Below, one piece after another: positions 9,298 through 19,837 of a DNA stretch of 64,000 nt (position 1 is its first letter; the number at the start of each line of letters is the position of its first letter). Below the pieces are notes generated by a model that was not told the origin of the DNA, made no database searches, and saw only the letters and a list, made by a program, of their open reading frames with translations. Origin of the DNA: an uncultured virus (IMG/VR IMGVR_UViG_3300007346_007557) (lineage: Duplodnaviria; Heunggongvirae; Uroviricota; Caudoviricetes); the IMG/VR virus record IMGVR_UViG_3300007346_007557; one strand, 5' to 3'. Made by a program: the position numbers and the translations under genes.

Positions 9298-10137
9298 TTA
9301 GCCTGTTGCGAAAAAATCTGATGCGTCTAAGCTAACTTTTAATTTACTTTCGTGTTTACACTTTTCGCAAGTAACATCTTCAGTTGGTACTTGCCAAACG
9401 GTTGTGTTATGTTCAATAACTTCTTTTATTTTTGTAAAATATTTGACATCATTTTCATTCATAAACTCAATTATTTCATTGGTATTGCTTTCTTTTTGTC
9501 CGTCAACTTCTACAGATTCAATTTGTCTAAACAAAGTCATTACGGTTAGTTCATTAATTTTTTGAACAATGCTTTGAACAAATTTTTCTTTTTCAGTTTC
9601 ATCTTTGATATTAGCACTTTCTTGAGAAACTGCACGTTGATAAGCTACACTTGTTTTTTGAATGTCTGTCCATTCTTCGTATGTTAATGGACGTAAATTA
9701 AAAATAAAGTCATCAATTTGAACACGATCTTTATACTCTAATGTATGGAAAAAATCTAAATAATTTCTTAAATTAATTTCATAAGCATTATCTTCACCGC
9801 ATCTTATACAATTTTTATGTACGGTCATTGTTTCACCGTAAGTTGCCATTCTAATACCAAGTAATAATGTATCGATGTCTAATACTCTAAGTTTCATTGG
9901 ATTTAAAATAGATGGAACACAACTGCGTATGTTACTAGCTGTGGCTTCTCCGTTTACTAATGCATCAGGAGTTTTAAACAATATTTCATCGCTGGCAGTC
10001 ATACTATAAACTGCTAGATCAGAAACAACACCGTTAGAGACAATCGACTCATTATACCATTTTCCGTTACTAGGTAAGTTTATAAAAAGTTTAGGTTGTC
10101 TACGGTATTTTTTTAAAGGACTTTCTTCGTTTGTCAT
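9298..10137 (-). CDS. gp26: Baseplate hub assembly chaperone, T4 gp26-like
   Basis: PKLFINLPS, MTASDEIL, DIDTLLLGIRMATYGE, two CxxC pairs, C-terminal DFF. Confidence 0.8.
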   Translation of the reverse strand: MTNEESPLKKYRRQPKLFINLPSNGKWYNESIVSNGVVSDLAVYSMTASDEILFKTPDALVNGEATASNIRSCVPSILNPMKLRVLDIDTLLLGIRMATYGETMTVHKNCIRCGEDNAYEINLRNYLDFFHTLEYKDRVQIDDFIFNLRPLTYEEWTDIQKTSVAYQRAVSQESANIKDETEKEKFVQSIVQKINELTVMTLFRQIESVEVDGQKESNTNEIIEFMNENDVKYFTKIKEVIEHNTTVWQVPTEDVTCEKCKHESKLKVSLDASDFFATG

Positions 10138-10155
10138 ACCGGTTTTCCTATTAGG

Positions 10156-10175
10156 TAAATACTATAGCATATTTA
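10156..10175. promoter_or_regulatory. Pair of oppositely oriented late-promoter motifs serving gp26 (-) and tape measure (+)
   Basis: TAAATA at 10156-10161 (+) and TATTTA at 10170-10175 (-). Confidence 0.55.
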
Positions 10176-10203
10176 TTGTTGTATTAACTAGGAGTTTAAT
10201 GAT

Positions 10204-12312
10204 TTGGCAGAAGAAAGCATTTTAAATTTAGAACGCTTTACAAACATACTGCAAGGCACAACACAGACTGCTGTTGGCTTAGGCGGTGCGCTTCTCACTG
10301 GCCAACAAAATATGAGTGCCTACAGCACTGCATTATCTACAACTACAGATGCCTTAGGAGGCATGGGTAAAACACTTGGTAAAGTTGTAAATGGTTTAGT
10401 GCAGTTTGCTGAAGCAAGTTTAAAAGAATATCAAGACCTAAGTGCTATTGGTGCAACCTTTGGCAAAGAAATGGTTGACATTAAAGTTGCTGCTGCTGAA
10501 ATGGGAATGAGTGTTCAAGAAATGACTACATTCCTTGGTCAAAACAACAAGTCTTTACGTGCATTTGGTGGTACAACTGATATGGCTATAAGCCGTTTTA
10601 GAGAGTTGAACAACCTTGTTTTAAACACACAAGAATTAGGAACTGAGCTAAGAAAATTAGGTTATACTACAACTGACATTGCAGAAGGATTAGCATTATA
10701 CGGTGAAATAAGCGATTCAAATGCAAGATCTGATCGCAGGAGCACAGCAGAGCAAGCGGCTAGTGCTAAAGAGTTTATGGTACAGCTTGACGGACTAGCA
10801 AAACTTACAGGTAAGCAAAGAGAACAAATTGCTGACGAAATGAAAGAACGCAGACGTGCAGGTGACATAAATGCATTTTTAATGGGCAAGTCAGAAGAAG
10901 ACCAAGCAGCATTTACTGCACAACTTGCTGAAATCCAAGCAAAGTTAGGTAAAGATGCAGCAGACGCATTTGTTGACTTAACATTACGAGGTGCTCCTAC
11001 TACAGAACAAACTAGAGGTGCCTTACTTGCAATGGGTGGTGGTGCTGAAGAATTGTATGCAGCCGCAAGTGCATTTAATAGCGGTAACATTGATCAATTT
11101 GCAAATTCAATAGATGCAGCAACAGCAAGTGCAATGGAATATCAACGCAGTGAAGATTTTAGAAATACTGCGGTTTTAGGTGGATTAAGCACCGTGTCAA
11201 ACGCATTTAGTAATGCAAGTGCAGCAAGTTACGATTATGCAAATACACTTGAAGGTGCAGCAGAACCTGGCGAAACTGCTGCTCAAACGCAAGCACGATT
11301 ACAAAATCAAATTTTAGATGAACAATATGTTCAAATGAAAACTACCACAGGTATTTTAGATGAAACTATTAGAACACAAGAAGCATTGCGTGATCTAAGT
11401 GTTACTGCTATGGAAACGGTAATGCCTCGTTTAGAAGATGTTGCAATGGCTGGTTTAGAAAAATTTAGAGCAGCTATTCCAAGTTCTGATGAAATTGCAC
11501 AAAAACTTGCAGGTGCTGTAGACGGATTATTTGATATGGCTAGATTAGCTGATAGAGAATCTAGAGATCCTATGAATGTAGTAGTAGATGGACAACAAGA
11601 CTTAAGTCAAGAAAGCACACAACAAGAAGTTGCACAAAGTTTAGGTGCAGAAATAGAAGATTCTAAAGAACGTGATAGTGAAACACAAGCTGCAATACAA
11701 AAAGCACAAGAAGCTGTTGAAGACGCAAAAGTTGCAGTGTTTGACGCAGAAATTCGTGTAAATGAATTACAAGAACAAAAAGCTAATATGTTAGCAACTG
11801 GTTTGCAAGAAACTGATGGTGCAGTTGTAGGTGTTTCGCAGCAGTTAGCTGAAGCAGAAGCAAAACTACAAGCAGCTATTAGAGAACAAGCACAAGCAAG
11901 TGCTGTTGCCGCTAGTCATAGATTAGGTTTAGGTGGTAAACTTTTCCGTGGAGGTAGAGCAGAAGGTGGACCTATTGGTGCTAATGAATTTGCTATGGTC
12001 GGTGAAGCAGGTCCTGAATTTATTAGCGGACCAGCAAATGTAATGAGTGCAAAAACAAGTATGGGCGTAATGCAGAATTTAATGAAAACAATTCGCAACG
12101 TTGAAAGCACCGTTCAAGAAAGCAATAATAATGTAGCACAACAGATAAGTACTAATGCATATAGTGGTAATGCTGAATTAGGTACAAAAATGGATAAAAT
12201 GATTGAGATTTTAAATCAATTAGTGTTTATTGAGGGCAACGCCGTTACCACACAACAAAGAACATACAGAGCTACCAAAGGCTTACAAAGTAACATGATG
12301 AGAGGTTTATAA
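10204..12312 (+). CDS. Tape-measure-like protein
   Basis: Ala/Gly/Gln-rich helical sequence; C-terminal RAEGGPI...MVGEAGPEFI motif common in tape measures; divergent from gp26. Confidence 0.7.
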   Translation: MAEESILNLERFTNILQGTTQTAVGLGGALLTGQQNMSAYSTALSTTTDALGGMGKTLGKVVNGLVQFAEASLKEYQDLSAIGATFGKEMVDIKVAAAEMGMSVQEMTTFLGQNNKSLRAFGGTTDMAISRFRELNNLVLNTQELGTELRKLGYTTTDIAEGLALYGEISDSNARSDRRSTAEQAASAKEFMVQLDGLAKLTGKQREQIADEMKERRRAGDINAFLMGKSEEDQAAFTAQLAEIQAKLGKDAADAFVDLTLRGAPTTEQTRGALLAMGGGAEELYAAASAFNSGNIDQFANSIDAATASAMEYQRSEDFRNTAVLGGLSTVSNAFSNASAASYDYANTLEGAAEPGETAAQTQARLQNQILDEQYVQMKTTTGILDETIRTQEALRDLSVTAMETVMPRLEDVAMAGLEKFRAAIPSSDEIAQKLAGAVDGLFDMARLADRESRDPMNVVVDGQQDLSQESTQQEVAQSLGAEIEDSKERDSETQAAIQKAQEAVEDAKVAVFDAEIRVNELQEQKANMLATGLQETDGAVVGVSQQLAEAEAKLQAAIREQAQASAVAASHRLGLGGKLFRGGRAEGGPIGANEFAMVGEAGPEFISGPANVMSAKTSMGVMQNLMKTIRNVESTVQESNNNVAQQISTNAYSGNAELGTKMDKMIEILNQLVFIEGNAVTTQQRTYRATKGLQSNMMRGL

Positions 12313-14067
12313 ATGAGTTGGAAAAAATATTTTACTCCAGTTCCAACTGCTGACAATAGAAATGGCAGTTATTCGCCATTTTCTATGCGAGGTACAGGTA
12401 ACGTAGGTCCTGCTGCTGCAAATTATTCTTCTCATTTGCCTGACGTATATGTAGGGTCTCCAAATCGTATTGAACGTTATAATCAATACAATACAATGGA
12501 TAGTGATAGTGAAGTTAATGCTGCACTAGATATTCTTGCTGAGTTTTGTTCACAAAAAAACAAACAAAACGATACACATTTTGAAATTGATTTTAAAGGA
12601 TCACCTACTAACAGCGAAGTACAAGTTATAGGGCAATATCTAAAGCAATGGTGTAAATTAAATCAATTTGAAACACGTATGTTTAGAACAATACGTAATG
12701 CATTTAAATATGGCGACCAATTTTTTATTAGAGATCCACAGACACAAAAATGGTATCACGTTGATCCTAGTCAAGTAACAAAAATTATTGTTAACGAAAG
12801 CGAAGGAAAAAAGCCTGAGCAGTATGTTGTTAAAAATTTAAATTTTGCATTTGAAGCACTAGAAGCAACACCTTTAAACACAACTAATAGTTACGGACCT
12901 GGAGGAACAAGTCCAGGATATCAAACGGTTACAAAACAAAGCCAAACAGGTAATCATACACCAAGTGGTAACACAAGTAGATTTGCACAAGAACATGATG
13001 AAACTTATGTAGATGCAAATCATGTTGTACATTTGTCAATGAGTGAAGGACTTGATCAAAACTTTCCATTTGGTAATTCACTATTAGAAAGTATTTTTAA
13101 AGTATACAAACAAAAAGAATTATTAGAAGATGCGATTATTATCTATCGTGTACAACGTGCGCCAGAGCGCAGAGTATTCTACGTTGATGTGGGTAACATG
13201 CCTTCACACCTTGCTATGCAATTTGTGGAGCGTGTAAAAACGGAAATACACCAAAGACGTATCCCATCCAAGACAGGTGGTGGCACAAATGTTATAGACT
13301 CAAGTTATAATCCTCTGTCAATCAACGAAGATTACTTCTTTCCACAAACTGCTGAAGGGCGTGGCTCAAAAGTTGAAACACTTCCGGGTGGTACCAACTT
13401 AGGAGAAATTGATGACCTTAGATACTTTACTAATAAGTTGGTACGCGGCTTACGTATCCCAAGTTCGTACTTACCAACTGGAGCAGATGACGGTGCTTCA
13501 CAATACAATGATGGACGTGTGGGTACTGCCTATATTCAAGAACTTCGCTTTAACAAATACTGCGAACGTTTGCAATCCATGGTTGAAGAAGTATTCAACA
13601 AAGAGTTCAAACTATTCTTAGGTTCAAAAGGTGCAAATATTGATTTTGCAATGTTTGACTTAAGGTTAACACCACCACAAAACTTTGCAGCATATAGACA
13701 AGCAGAACTTGATAACAACAGAATAGGAACGTTTACGCAAATGGCAGGTATACCTTATATCTCAAATAGATTTGCTATGCAACGTTTCTTAGGATTAAGT
13801 GCAGAAGAGATTGCAGAAAACGAACGTTTGTGGAGAGAAGAGAACGACGAAAATCTAGTAGATCTAGTTAACGATGACATGGCAGGTGAAATGCGTGGTG
13901 CAGGCCTTAGCGGTGCTGACCTTGCAGGAGACCTAGGTGGTATGGAAACTGATCTAGAAGGAGACTTGGGCGGCATTGATGGCGGCACTGGAGAAGCACC
14001 GGCAACAAATACAGAAAATGATTTAGGCGGAACACCAGCACCTACTGAAACGGCACAAACTATATAA
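12313..14067 (+). CDS. gp20: Portal vertex protein
   Basis: LLEDAIIIYRVQRAPERRVFYVDVGNMP, EDYFFP, VETLPGG motifs of T4-like portals. Confidence 0.95.
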   Translation: MSWKKYFTPVPTADNRNGSYSPFSMRGTGNVGPAAANYSSHLPDVYVGSPNRIERYNQYNTMDSDSEVNAALDILAEFCSQKNKQNDTHFEIDFKGSPTNSEVQVIGQYLKQWCKLNQFETRMFRTIRNAFKYGDQFFIRDPQTQKWYHVDPSQVTKIIVNESEGKKPEQYVVKNLNFAFEALEATPLNTTNSYGPGGTSPGYQTVTKQSQTGNHTPSGNTSRFAQEHDETYVDANHVVHLSMSEGLDQNFPFGNSLLESIFKVYKQKELLEDAIIIYRVQRAPERRVFYVDVGNMPSHLAMQFVERVKTEIHQRRIPSKTGGGTNVIDSSYNPLSINEDYFFPQTAEGRGSKVETLPGGTNLGEIDDLRYFTNKLVRGLRIPSSYLPTGADDGASQYNDGRVGTAYIQELRFNKYCERLQSMVEEVFNKEFKLFLGSKGANIDFAMFDLRLTPPQNFAAYRQAELDNNRIGTFTQMAGIPYISNRFAMQRFLGLSAEEIAENERLWREENDENLVDLVNDDMAGEMRGAGLSGADLAGDLGGMETDLEGDLGGIDGGTGEAPATNTENDLGGTPAPTETAQTI

Positions 14068-14075
14068 ATAATAAT

Positions 14076-14327
14076 ATGATACTACGAGAACTATATTACT
14101 TCGATAAAGATACAATGGAACCAGTTGAGGACGAAACATACGATCCGCAAGACGACCAAAGTGTGATTAAAGTTGATGATACAAGAAAAAGTAGACTAAC
14201 ATTAAAAGATATAAACAAAGCCCGCAAAGCCAGTGATGCACATAGAAAAGAGTCAATGAAAGATCTAAACTACATTAGACAAATGTACGGATTAGCAGCT
14301 CAAGCAGCACTTGGCGGAGGCGTATGA
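14076..14327 (+). CDS. Small hypothetical head-region protein
   Basis: TATAAATA late promoter at 14063-14070; between portal and core genes. Confidence 0.6.
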   Translation: MILRELYYFDKDTMEPVEDETYDPQDDQSVIKVDDTRKSRLTLKDINKARKASDAHRKESMKDLNYIRQMYGLAAQAALGGGV

Positions 14328-14929
14328 TAAAAAGAGCATTTGTTTTAGGTAACGGTGTCAGCAGAAAAAAAATCCATCCAAACTACTTAAAGGAAATAGG
14401 CAAAGTCTATGGATGTAATGCCTTGTATAGAGAATTTGCTCCTGATCATTTAGTTTGTGTAGACACTAAAATGATTATAGAATTATCTCAAACTGAATAT
14501 TACAAAAATAATAGTGTTTGGAGTAATTCAAATAAAGTTACAAAAGGTTTACCTCAAATTAATATTATGAATCCAAACAAAGGATGGAGTAGTGGACCTA
14601 CTGCATTACTTTTAGCTAGTCAACATTCATATGACGAAATTTACATTTTAGGTTTTGATTATGAAGGAATTGGAAAAGATAAGCAATTTGTTAATAACAT
14701 ATATGCTGGATCGCAAAATTATAAAAGAACAGAAGACAGAGCAACTTATTTTGGAAATTGGACAAGACAAACTATGATGTGTATAAATCAGTTTCCAAAA
14801 ACTAAATACTATCGAATAATAGAAAATGAAGGATTTATACCAGATCATTTAAAAGATTTACCCAATCTAACACATATAGATGTTGAAAATTTTGTAGAAA
14901 AATTCAACATCACCACTTCAATACACTAA
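14324..14929 (+). CDS. DUF115/Maf-like (sialyltransferase-like) glycosyltransferase-family protein
   Basis: FVLGNGVSR, YGCNALYR, PDHLVCVD, SSGPTA, IYILGFD motifs. Confidence 0.6.
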   Translation: MIKRAFVLGNGVSRKKIHPNYLKEIGKVYGCNALYREFAPDHLVCVDTKMIIELSQTEYYKNNSVWSNSNKVTKGLPQINIMNPNKGWSSGPTALLLASQHSYDEIYILGFDYEGIGKDKQFVNNIYAGSQNYKRTEDRATYFGNWTRQTMMCINQFPKTKYYRIIENEGFIPDHLKDLPNLTHIDVENFVEKFNITTSIH

Positions 14930-15015
14930 AATACGCTGTTTTGACCCCATTTTACACGTATATTTTCTAAAAAGTGTAAATATAACTGACAGCCTTGACA
15001 ATAAAGGAGAATGAC

Positions 15016-16002
15016 ATGACTGATCGCAATAAGTTTGAAGAAATGCTTGAGCGTCTCGTCAATGAAGACAGAGAAGGTGCAGAAGCATTGTTCCACGAAA
15101 TCGTGGTAGAAAAATCAAGAGATATTTACGAATCACTACTTGAAGATGAAGAAGAAGTAGAAGAAACAACTGATGAAGAAGTTGATGAAGCTACAGATGA
15201 AGAAGTAGATGAATCAGAAGAAGACCTAGATGAAGCAACTGATGAAGAAGTAGACGAAGCTGCTGATGAAGATTTAGATGAATCTGATGAAGAAGTTGAA
15301 GAAATGTTTGATGTTGCAGAAGGTGACCCAGTAGACGACATGATGGGCGACATTGCAATGGACGGTGGCGACGACATGGATATGGAACCAGAAATGGGTG
15401 ACGACGACATGGGTATGGGTGACGAAGAAGGCGATGTAGAAGATCGTGTTGCTGACCTAGAAGACGAATTAGAAGCTCTAAAAGCAGAATTTGAAGCTAT
15501 GATGGGCGACGAAGAGCCAGGTGATGAAGAGCCAGGTGATGAAATGCCAATGGACATGGATTCAGAAGAAGGCGACGACGAAGAAGAAGCCGAAGAAGAA
15601 TCATATGCTTTTGAAGACGAAGAAGTAGATGAAGCAGCTGACGAAGAAGTTGAAGAGTCAAAATCAGCAAAATCACATGCAGAGATTATGCGTGAATACA
15701 CAGATAAAGTGTCAGCAACAATGGGTGACAATGGCGCAAATGCAAAATCACCAGTAGCAAAGCCAAACAACATGGGCGGCACATCAGCAAACATCGCAAA
15801 AGGCGGTTCAGCTGACGAAAGCGGTACAGGTGCAAGTGCTCCAAAAGAAGATAACGCTGGTAACGTAAACGTTCCTGGCGCGAAAGGTGCTACTAAGTTA
15901 GCATCACAACCTGGCCACGGCGCTGAGAAAAAGGGCAAGCCAGAGACAGCCGATAAAGGTGCAGGTTCACCTCTAAACGGTGCTCCAAAAAGAGCGAAGT
16001 AA
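15016..16002 (+). CDS. Highly acidic prohead core/scaffold protein
   Basis: AAGGAG RBS before ATG 15016; D/E-rich repeats (DEEVDEA); directly upstream of the prohead protease. Confidence 0.7.
   Translation: MTDRNKFEEMLERLVNEDREGAEALFHEIVVEKSRDIYESLLEDEEEVEETTDEEVDEATDEEVDESEEDLDEATDEEVDEAADEDLDESDEEVEEMFDVAEGDPVDDMMGDIAMDGGDDMDMEPEMGDDDMGMGDEEGDVEDRVADLEDELEALKAEFEAMMGDEEPGDEEPGDEMPMDMDSEEGDDEEEAEEESYAFEDEEVDEAADEEVEESKSAKSHAEIMREYTDKVSATMGDNGANAKSPVAKPNNMGGTSANIAKGGSADESGTGASAPKEDNAGNVNVPGAKGATKLASQPGHGAEKKGKPETADKGAGSPLNGAPKRAK
15140..15660 (+). repeat. Low-complexity tandem coding repeats (GATGAAGAAGT(A/T)GA(T/C)GAAGC-type; GAAGAGCCAGGTGAT x2)
   Basis: Visible in DNA and as DEEVDEA / DEEPG repeats in the protein. 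Confidence 0.75.
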
Positions 16003-16012
16003 GGACTGACGT

Positions 16013-16636
16013 ATGAGACTACTGAACGAACATTTGAGCTTTGATGCTGCTAAAATGGTTGTTGAGTCTGCCAACGAAGGCAAAGATCTTTACATGAAAG
16101 GTATTTGCATTCAAGGCGGAGTACGCAACGCAAATCAGCGTGTTTATCCCGTTAACGAGATTGGCAGGGCTGTCACCACACTCAACGAACAAATTAGTGG
16201 TGGCTACTCAGTGTTAGGCGAAGTAGATCATCCAGATGGACTTAATATTAACTTAGATCGTGTAAGCCATATGATTACAGAAATGTGGATGGATGGCCCA
16301 AACGGTTACGGTAAACTAAAAGTACTACCAACTCCGATGGGACAATTAGTTAAAACAATGCTAGAAAGCGGCGTTAAACTAGGTGTTTCATCGAGAGGTA
16401 GTGGTAATGTAAGCGAAAGCGGTAACGGTGAAGTATCAGATTTTGAAATTATTACCGTAGACGTTGTGGCGCAGCCAAGTGCGCCAGGCGCATACCCAAC
16501 ACCGATATACGAACACCTTATGAACACCCGAGGAGGGTATAAGGCGTTCCAAACATCAAGGGAAGTTCAAGGCGACAAACAGGCACAAAAATATTTAAAA
16601 GAGAGCTTATTAGATGTAATAAGCAAACTCCGCTAA
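16013..16636 (+). CDS. gp21: Prohead protease
   Basis: NANQRVYP, LGEVDHP, VSSRGSG, DVVAQPSAPGA motifs. Confidence 0.93.
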   Translation: MRLLNEHLSFDAAKMVVESANEGKDLYMKGICIQGGVRNANQRVYPVNEIGRAVTTLNEQISGGYSVLGEVDHPDGLNINLDRVSHMITEMWMDGPNGYGKLKVLPTPMGQLVKTMLESGVKLGVSSRGSGNVSESGNGEVSDFEIITVDVVAQPSAPGAYPTPIYEHLMNTRGGYKAFQTSREVQGDKQAQKYLKESLLDVISKLR

Positions 16637-16653
16637 CTAGGAGAGGATATAAA

Positions 16654-17745
16654 ATGTTAGATGCACTAAAATCACTCTTCGAAAACACTGCACTATCGGA
16701 AGAAGTGCGCTCAGAACTAGAAGAAGCATGGAACGCAAAGGTGAAAGAAAATCGCCTTCAGGTCACTGCGGAACTACGTGAAGAATTTGCTAAAAAGTAT
16801 GAGCATGATAAAGACACAATGGTTGAAGCCATTGATGCTATGATGACTGAGAAACTTAGCGAAGAAATTGCAGAATTCCAAGAAGATCGTAAGCAATTAG
16901 CTGAAGCAAAAGCAAAATTTGCTATTGCACAGCGTAAAAATGCTAATCTAATGAAATCATTTGTTAGTGAACAACTAGCAAAAGAAATCAAAGAACTACA
17001 CTCAGATCAAAAAGCAATGGCTGACAAGTTTGTTGCTCTAGAAGAGTTTGTAGTTGAGTCGCTTGCAAAAGAACTTGCAGAGTTTTATGAAGACAAAAAA
17101 GATCTTGCTGAAACAAAAGTACGTCTTGTACGTGAAGGCAAAGCTCATGTCAATAAAGTTAAAAAAGACTTTATTGAAAAAAGTGCAGCGTTGGTATCTG
17201 AAACCGTGTCAAAAGGTCTTAAAAAAGAGATCTCGGCACTTAAAGAAGATATTGATCAAGCACGTAAAAATGATTTCGGTCGTAAATTATTCGAAGCATT
17301 TGCTAACGAATATTCACATAGCTATTTAAATGAGAAATCAGAAACAGCTAAACTTTTAAAAGTTATTGACGCAAAAGACAAGCAACTTTCAGAAGCTAAA
17401 AATGTGGCGGCGAAAGCAGTAAAACTTGTGGAAAACAAAGAATCGCAAATTAAAACAATTAACGAATCGGTGGCCCGCAAAGAAACAATTAGCGGTCTAA
17501 TCTCACCATTGAGCAAAGACCAACAATCAATTATGATGGATTTACTGGAATCAGTTCAAACAGCAAAACTACGTTCTGCTTTTGATAAGTATCTACCGGC
17601 AGTATTAGACGGTAAAGGTCCAGCAAAACAAAAGGCAGTATTAGCAGAGGCAAAAGAAGTAACAGGCAACAGAACACAAAATGACGTAAAAGCAGACGTA
17701 GATCACAATGTGATTGATATAAAACGTCTAGCTGGATTAAATTAA
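16654..17745 (+). CDS. gp22: Prohead scaffolding protein
   Basis: Coiled-coil, E/K-rich, between protease and major capsid gene. Confidence 0.8.
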   Translation: MLDALKSLFENTALSEEVRSELEEAWNAKVKENRLQVTAELREEFAKKYEHDKDTMVEAIDAMMTEKLSEEIAEFQEDRKQLAEAKAKFAIAQRKNANLMKSFVSEQLAKEIKELHSDQKAMADKFVALEEFVVESLAKELAEFYEDKKDLAETKVRLVREGKAHVNKVKKDFIEKSAALVSETVSKGLKKEISALKEDIDQARKNDFGRKLFEAFANEYSHSYLNEKSETAKLLKVIDAKDKQLSEAKNVAAKAVKLVENKESQIKTINESVARKETISGLISPLSKDQQSIMMDLLESVQTAKLRSAFDKYLPAVLDGKGPAKQKAVLAEAKEVTGNRTQNDVKADVDHNVIDIKRLAGLN

Positions 17746-17755
17746 GGAGAAACCT

Positions 17756-18928
17756 ATGTCAGAACTACTAGAAAGTCGCTGGCAAGATACAAAAACAGCA
17801 CTTCTTGAAGGCCTATCAGGCAATAAGAAAGCAGTAATGGCTTCAACATTAGAAAATACTCGCAAGTATTTGGCTGAAACTGCAACTGCTGGTGCTACAT
17901 CTGCCGGTAACATCGCAACACTTAACCGTGTTATCCTACCAGTGATTAGACGTGTTATGCCAACCGTCATCGCTAATGAAATCGTTGGTGTTCAACCAAT
18001 GACTGGACCAGTTGGTCAAATTCACACACTACGTGTTCGCTACAGCGACACAGCAGGCTCAGGCGCAGCAGGCGCAGTAGCTGGTGAAGAAGCACTATCA
18101 CCATTCAAAATCGCAGAAGCATATTCAGGTAATGCTACAACAGCAAAAGCTGATGCAACTGCGGCACTAGAAGGTGCAGCTGGTAACAGACTAAGCATCC
18201 AGATCTTGAAACAGACCGTGGAAGCTAAATCACGTAAGCTATCAGCACGTTGGACATTTGAAGCGGCACAAGACGCTCAAGCACAACACGGTATCGACGT
18301 AGAAGCAGAAATCATGGCTGCACTAGCACAAGAGATTACTGCAGAAATCGACCAAGAGATTCTAGCATCTCTAAACACACTAGCAGGAACAGGTACAGAC
18401 ACATTTAACCAAGCGGCTGTATCAGGTACTGCAACATTCGTTGGTGACGAACATGCTGCACTAGCAGTATTAGTTAACCGCGCAGCAAACCGCATCGCAC
18501 AGCGTACACGCCGTGGTGCAGGTAACTGGGCTGTTGTTTCACCAGCAATCCTAACCGTACTACAAAGTGCAACTACATCAGCATTTGCACGTACTACAGA
18601 GGGTACATTTGAAGCACCGACAAACACAAAAATGGTTGGTACATTGAACAATGCAATGAAAGTATATGTAAACACATATGCAGCAGACGACGATGTACTA
18701 GTTGGTTACAAAGGTACTAGCGAATCAGACGCAGCAGCGTTCTACTGCCCATACATCCCATTGATGAGCAGTGGCGTTGTACTAGATCCGACATCATTCG
18801 AACCAGTTGTGAGCTTCATGACACGTTACGGATATGTTGAGCTATCAAACACAGCATCGTCGCTAGGTAACGCAGCTGACTACCTAGAAAAGGTAGAAGT
18901 AAACAGCGGAAACCTAAGCTTCAGCTAA
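17756..18928 (+). CDS. gp23: Major capsid protein
   Basis: VGVQPMTGPVGQI, VEAKSRKLSARWTFE, FYCPYIPL, FMTRYG motifs; strong RBS, biased codons. Confidence 0.97.
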   Translation: MSELLESRWQDTKTALLEGLSGNKKAVMASTLENTRKYLAETATAGATSAGNIATLNRVILPVIRRVMPTVIANEIVGVQPMTGPVGQIHTLRVRYSDTAGSGAAGAVAGEEALSPFKIAEAYSGNATTAKADATAALEGAAGNRLSIQILKQTVEAKSRKLSARWTFEAAQDAQAQHGIDVEAEIMAALAQEITAEIDQEILASLNTLAGTGTDTFNQAAVSGTATFVGDEHAALAVLVNRAANRIAQRTRRGAGNWAVVSPAILTVLQSATTSAFARTTEGTFEAPTNTKMVGTLNNAMKVYVNTYAADDDVLVGYKGTSESDAAAFYCPYIPLMSSGVVLDPTSFEPVVSFMTRYGYVELSNTASSLGNAADYLEKVEVNSGNLSFS

Positions 18929-18948
18929 GTTTAAACTTATATGATTTT

Positions 18949-18977
18949 AAAATAGGCCCTACGGGGCCTATTTTTTT
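18949..18977 (+). terminator. Rho-independent terminator after capsid gene
   Basis: AATAGGCCC-TACG-GGGCCTATT followed by T-run. Confidence 0.85.
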
Positions 18978-18990
18978 GGTATATATTACA

Positions 18991-19830
18991 ATGAAGTTTA
19001 ATGTTAATAAACATATTGAATATAGAAACAATCGATTTACCAAAGTATCAATATCTAATCCTAAGTTATTAGGATTAGCTACAATAGAAATTAATCCAAC
19101 AGAATTATGCAACAGAACTTGTAGTTTTTGTCCTAGAGTTAATCCTTTATTATATCCAAATCGTAATTTAAATATGACAATAGAAACAGCTCAATTAATT
19201 GTTGAACAATTATTAGATGCTGAGTATAATGGAGATATTAATATTACAGGATTTGGCGAACCATTATTAAATAAAGACATTGTACAAATATGTACTATAT
19301 TTTCTAAACATTATCATACTGAATTAATAACAAACGGCGATAATATTTTAAATGGTAAAATTACTTTACAAGATTTAGAATTCTTAGATTTATTAATTAT
19401 TGATTGTTACGATGGCAAAGAACAAGTAAAAAAATTTAAAAATTTACTTAAAAATAAAAAAAATAAATTTATATTGCGTCCACATTATGACACTGGAGAT
19501 CCTGCATTAATTAATCAATATGGATTTAACAACAGAGGTGGATTATTATACAAAAAATCTAACAGCAATCCTTGTTATATGCCGTCATATAAAGGATTTA
19601 TAGATTGGAATGGAGATGTAAGACTTTGTTGTAATGATTGGAGTAGGAAGCAATTACCATTTGGAAATATACATAATAATACATTTTCAAAAATATGGAT
19701 GAATAATAATTTTGTAAAATTAAGACAAGAATTATACAACGGTAATAGAAATTTTAGTAATGCTTGCGAGACTTGTGATGTATGTGGTACAAAAGTAGGA
19801 AAAAATAGTGCTGAATTATTTTTAAGCTAA
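18991..19830 (+). CDS. Radical SAM protein with C-terminal SPASM/twitch domain
   Basis: CNRTCSFC motif, GFGEPLL, TNG; C-terminal C...CCND...CETC; very AT-rich. Confidence 0.85.
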   Translation: MKFNVNKHIEYRNNRFTKVSISNPKLLGLATIEINPTELCNRTCSFCPRVNPLLYPNRNLNMTIETAQLIVEQLLDAEYNGDINITGFGEPLLNKDIVQICTIFSKHYHTELITNGDNILNGKITLQDLEFLDLLIIDCYDGKEQVKKFKNLLKNKKNKFILRPHYDTGDPALINQYGFNNRGGLLYKKSNSNPCYMPSYKGFIDWNGDVRLCCNDWSRKQLPFGNIHNNTFSKIWMNNNFVKLRQELYNGNRNFSNACETCDVCGTKVGKNSAELFLS

Positions 19831-19837
19831 GTACATA

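Noticed and set aside
15140..15660. CRISPR-like or guide-array interpretation of repeated DNA (also 41335-42620)
   Set aside because: Repeats are in-frame coding repeats with synonymous variation, not identical repeats with unique spacers; no cas genes seen
15126..15938. 270-aa Ser-rich minus-strand ORF
   Set aside because: Antisense shadow of the D/E-rich core gene (GAA/GAT codons read as Ser on the other strand); no RBS
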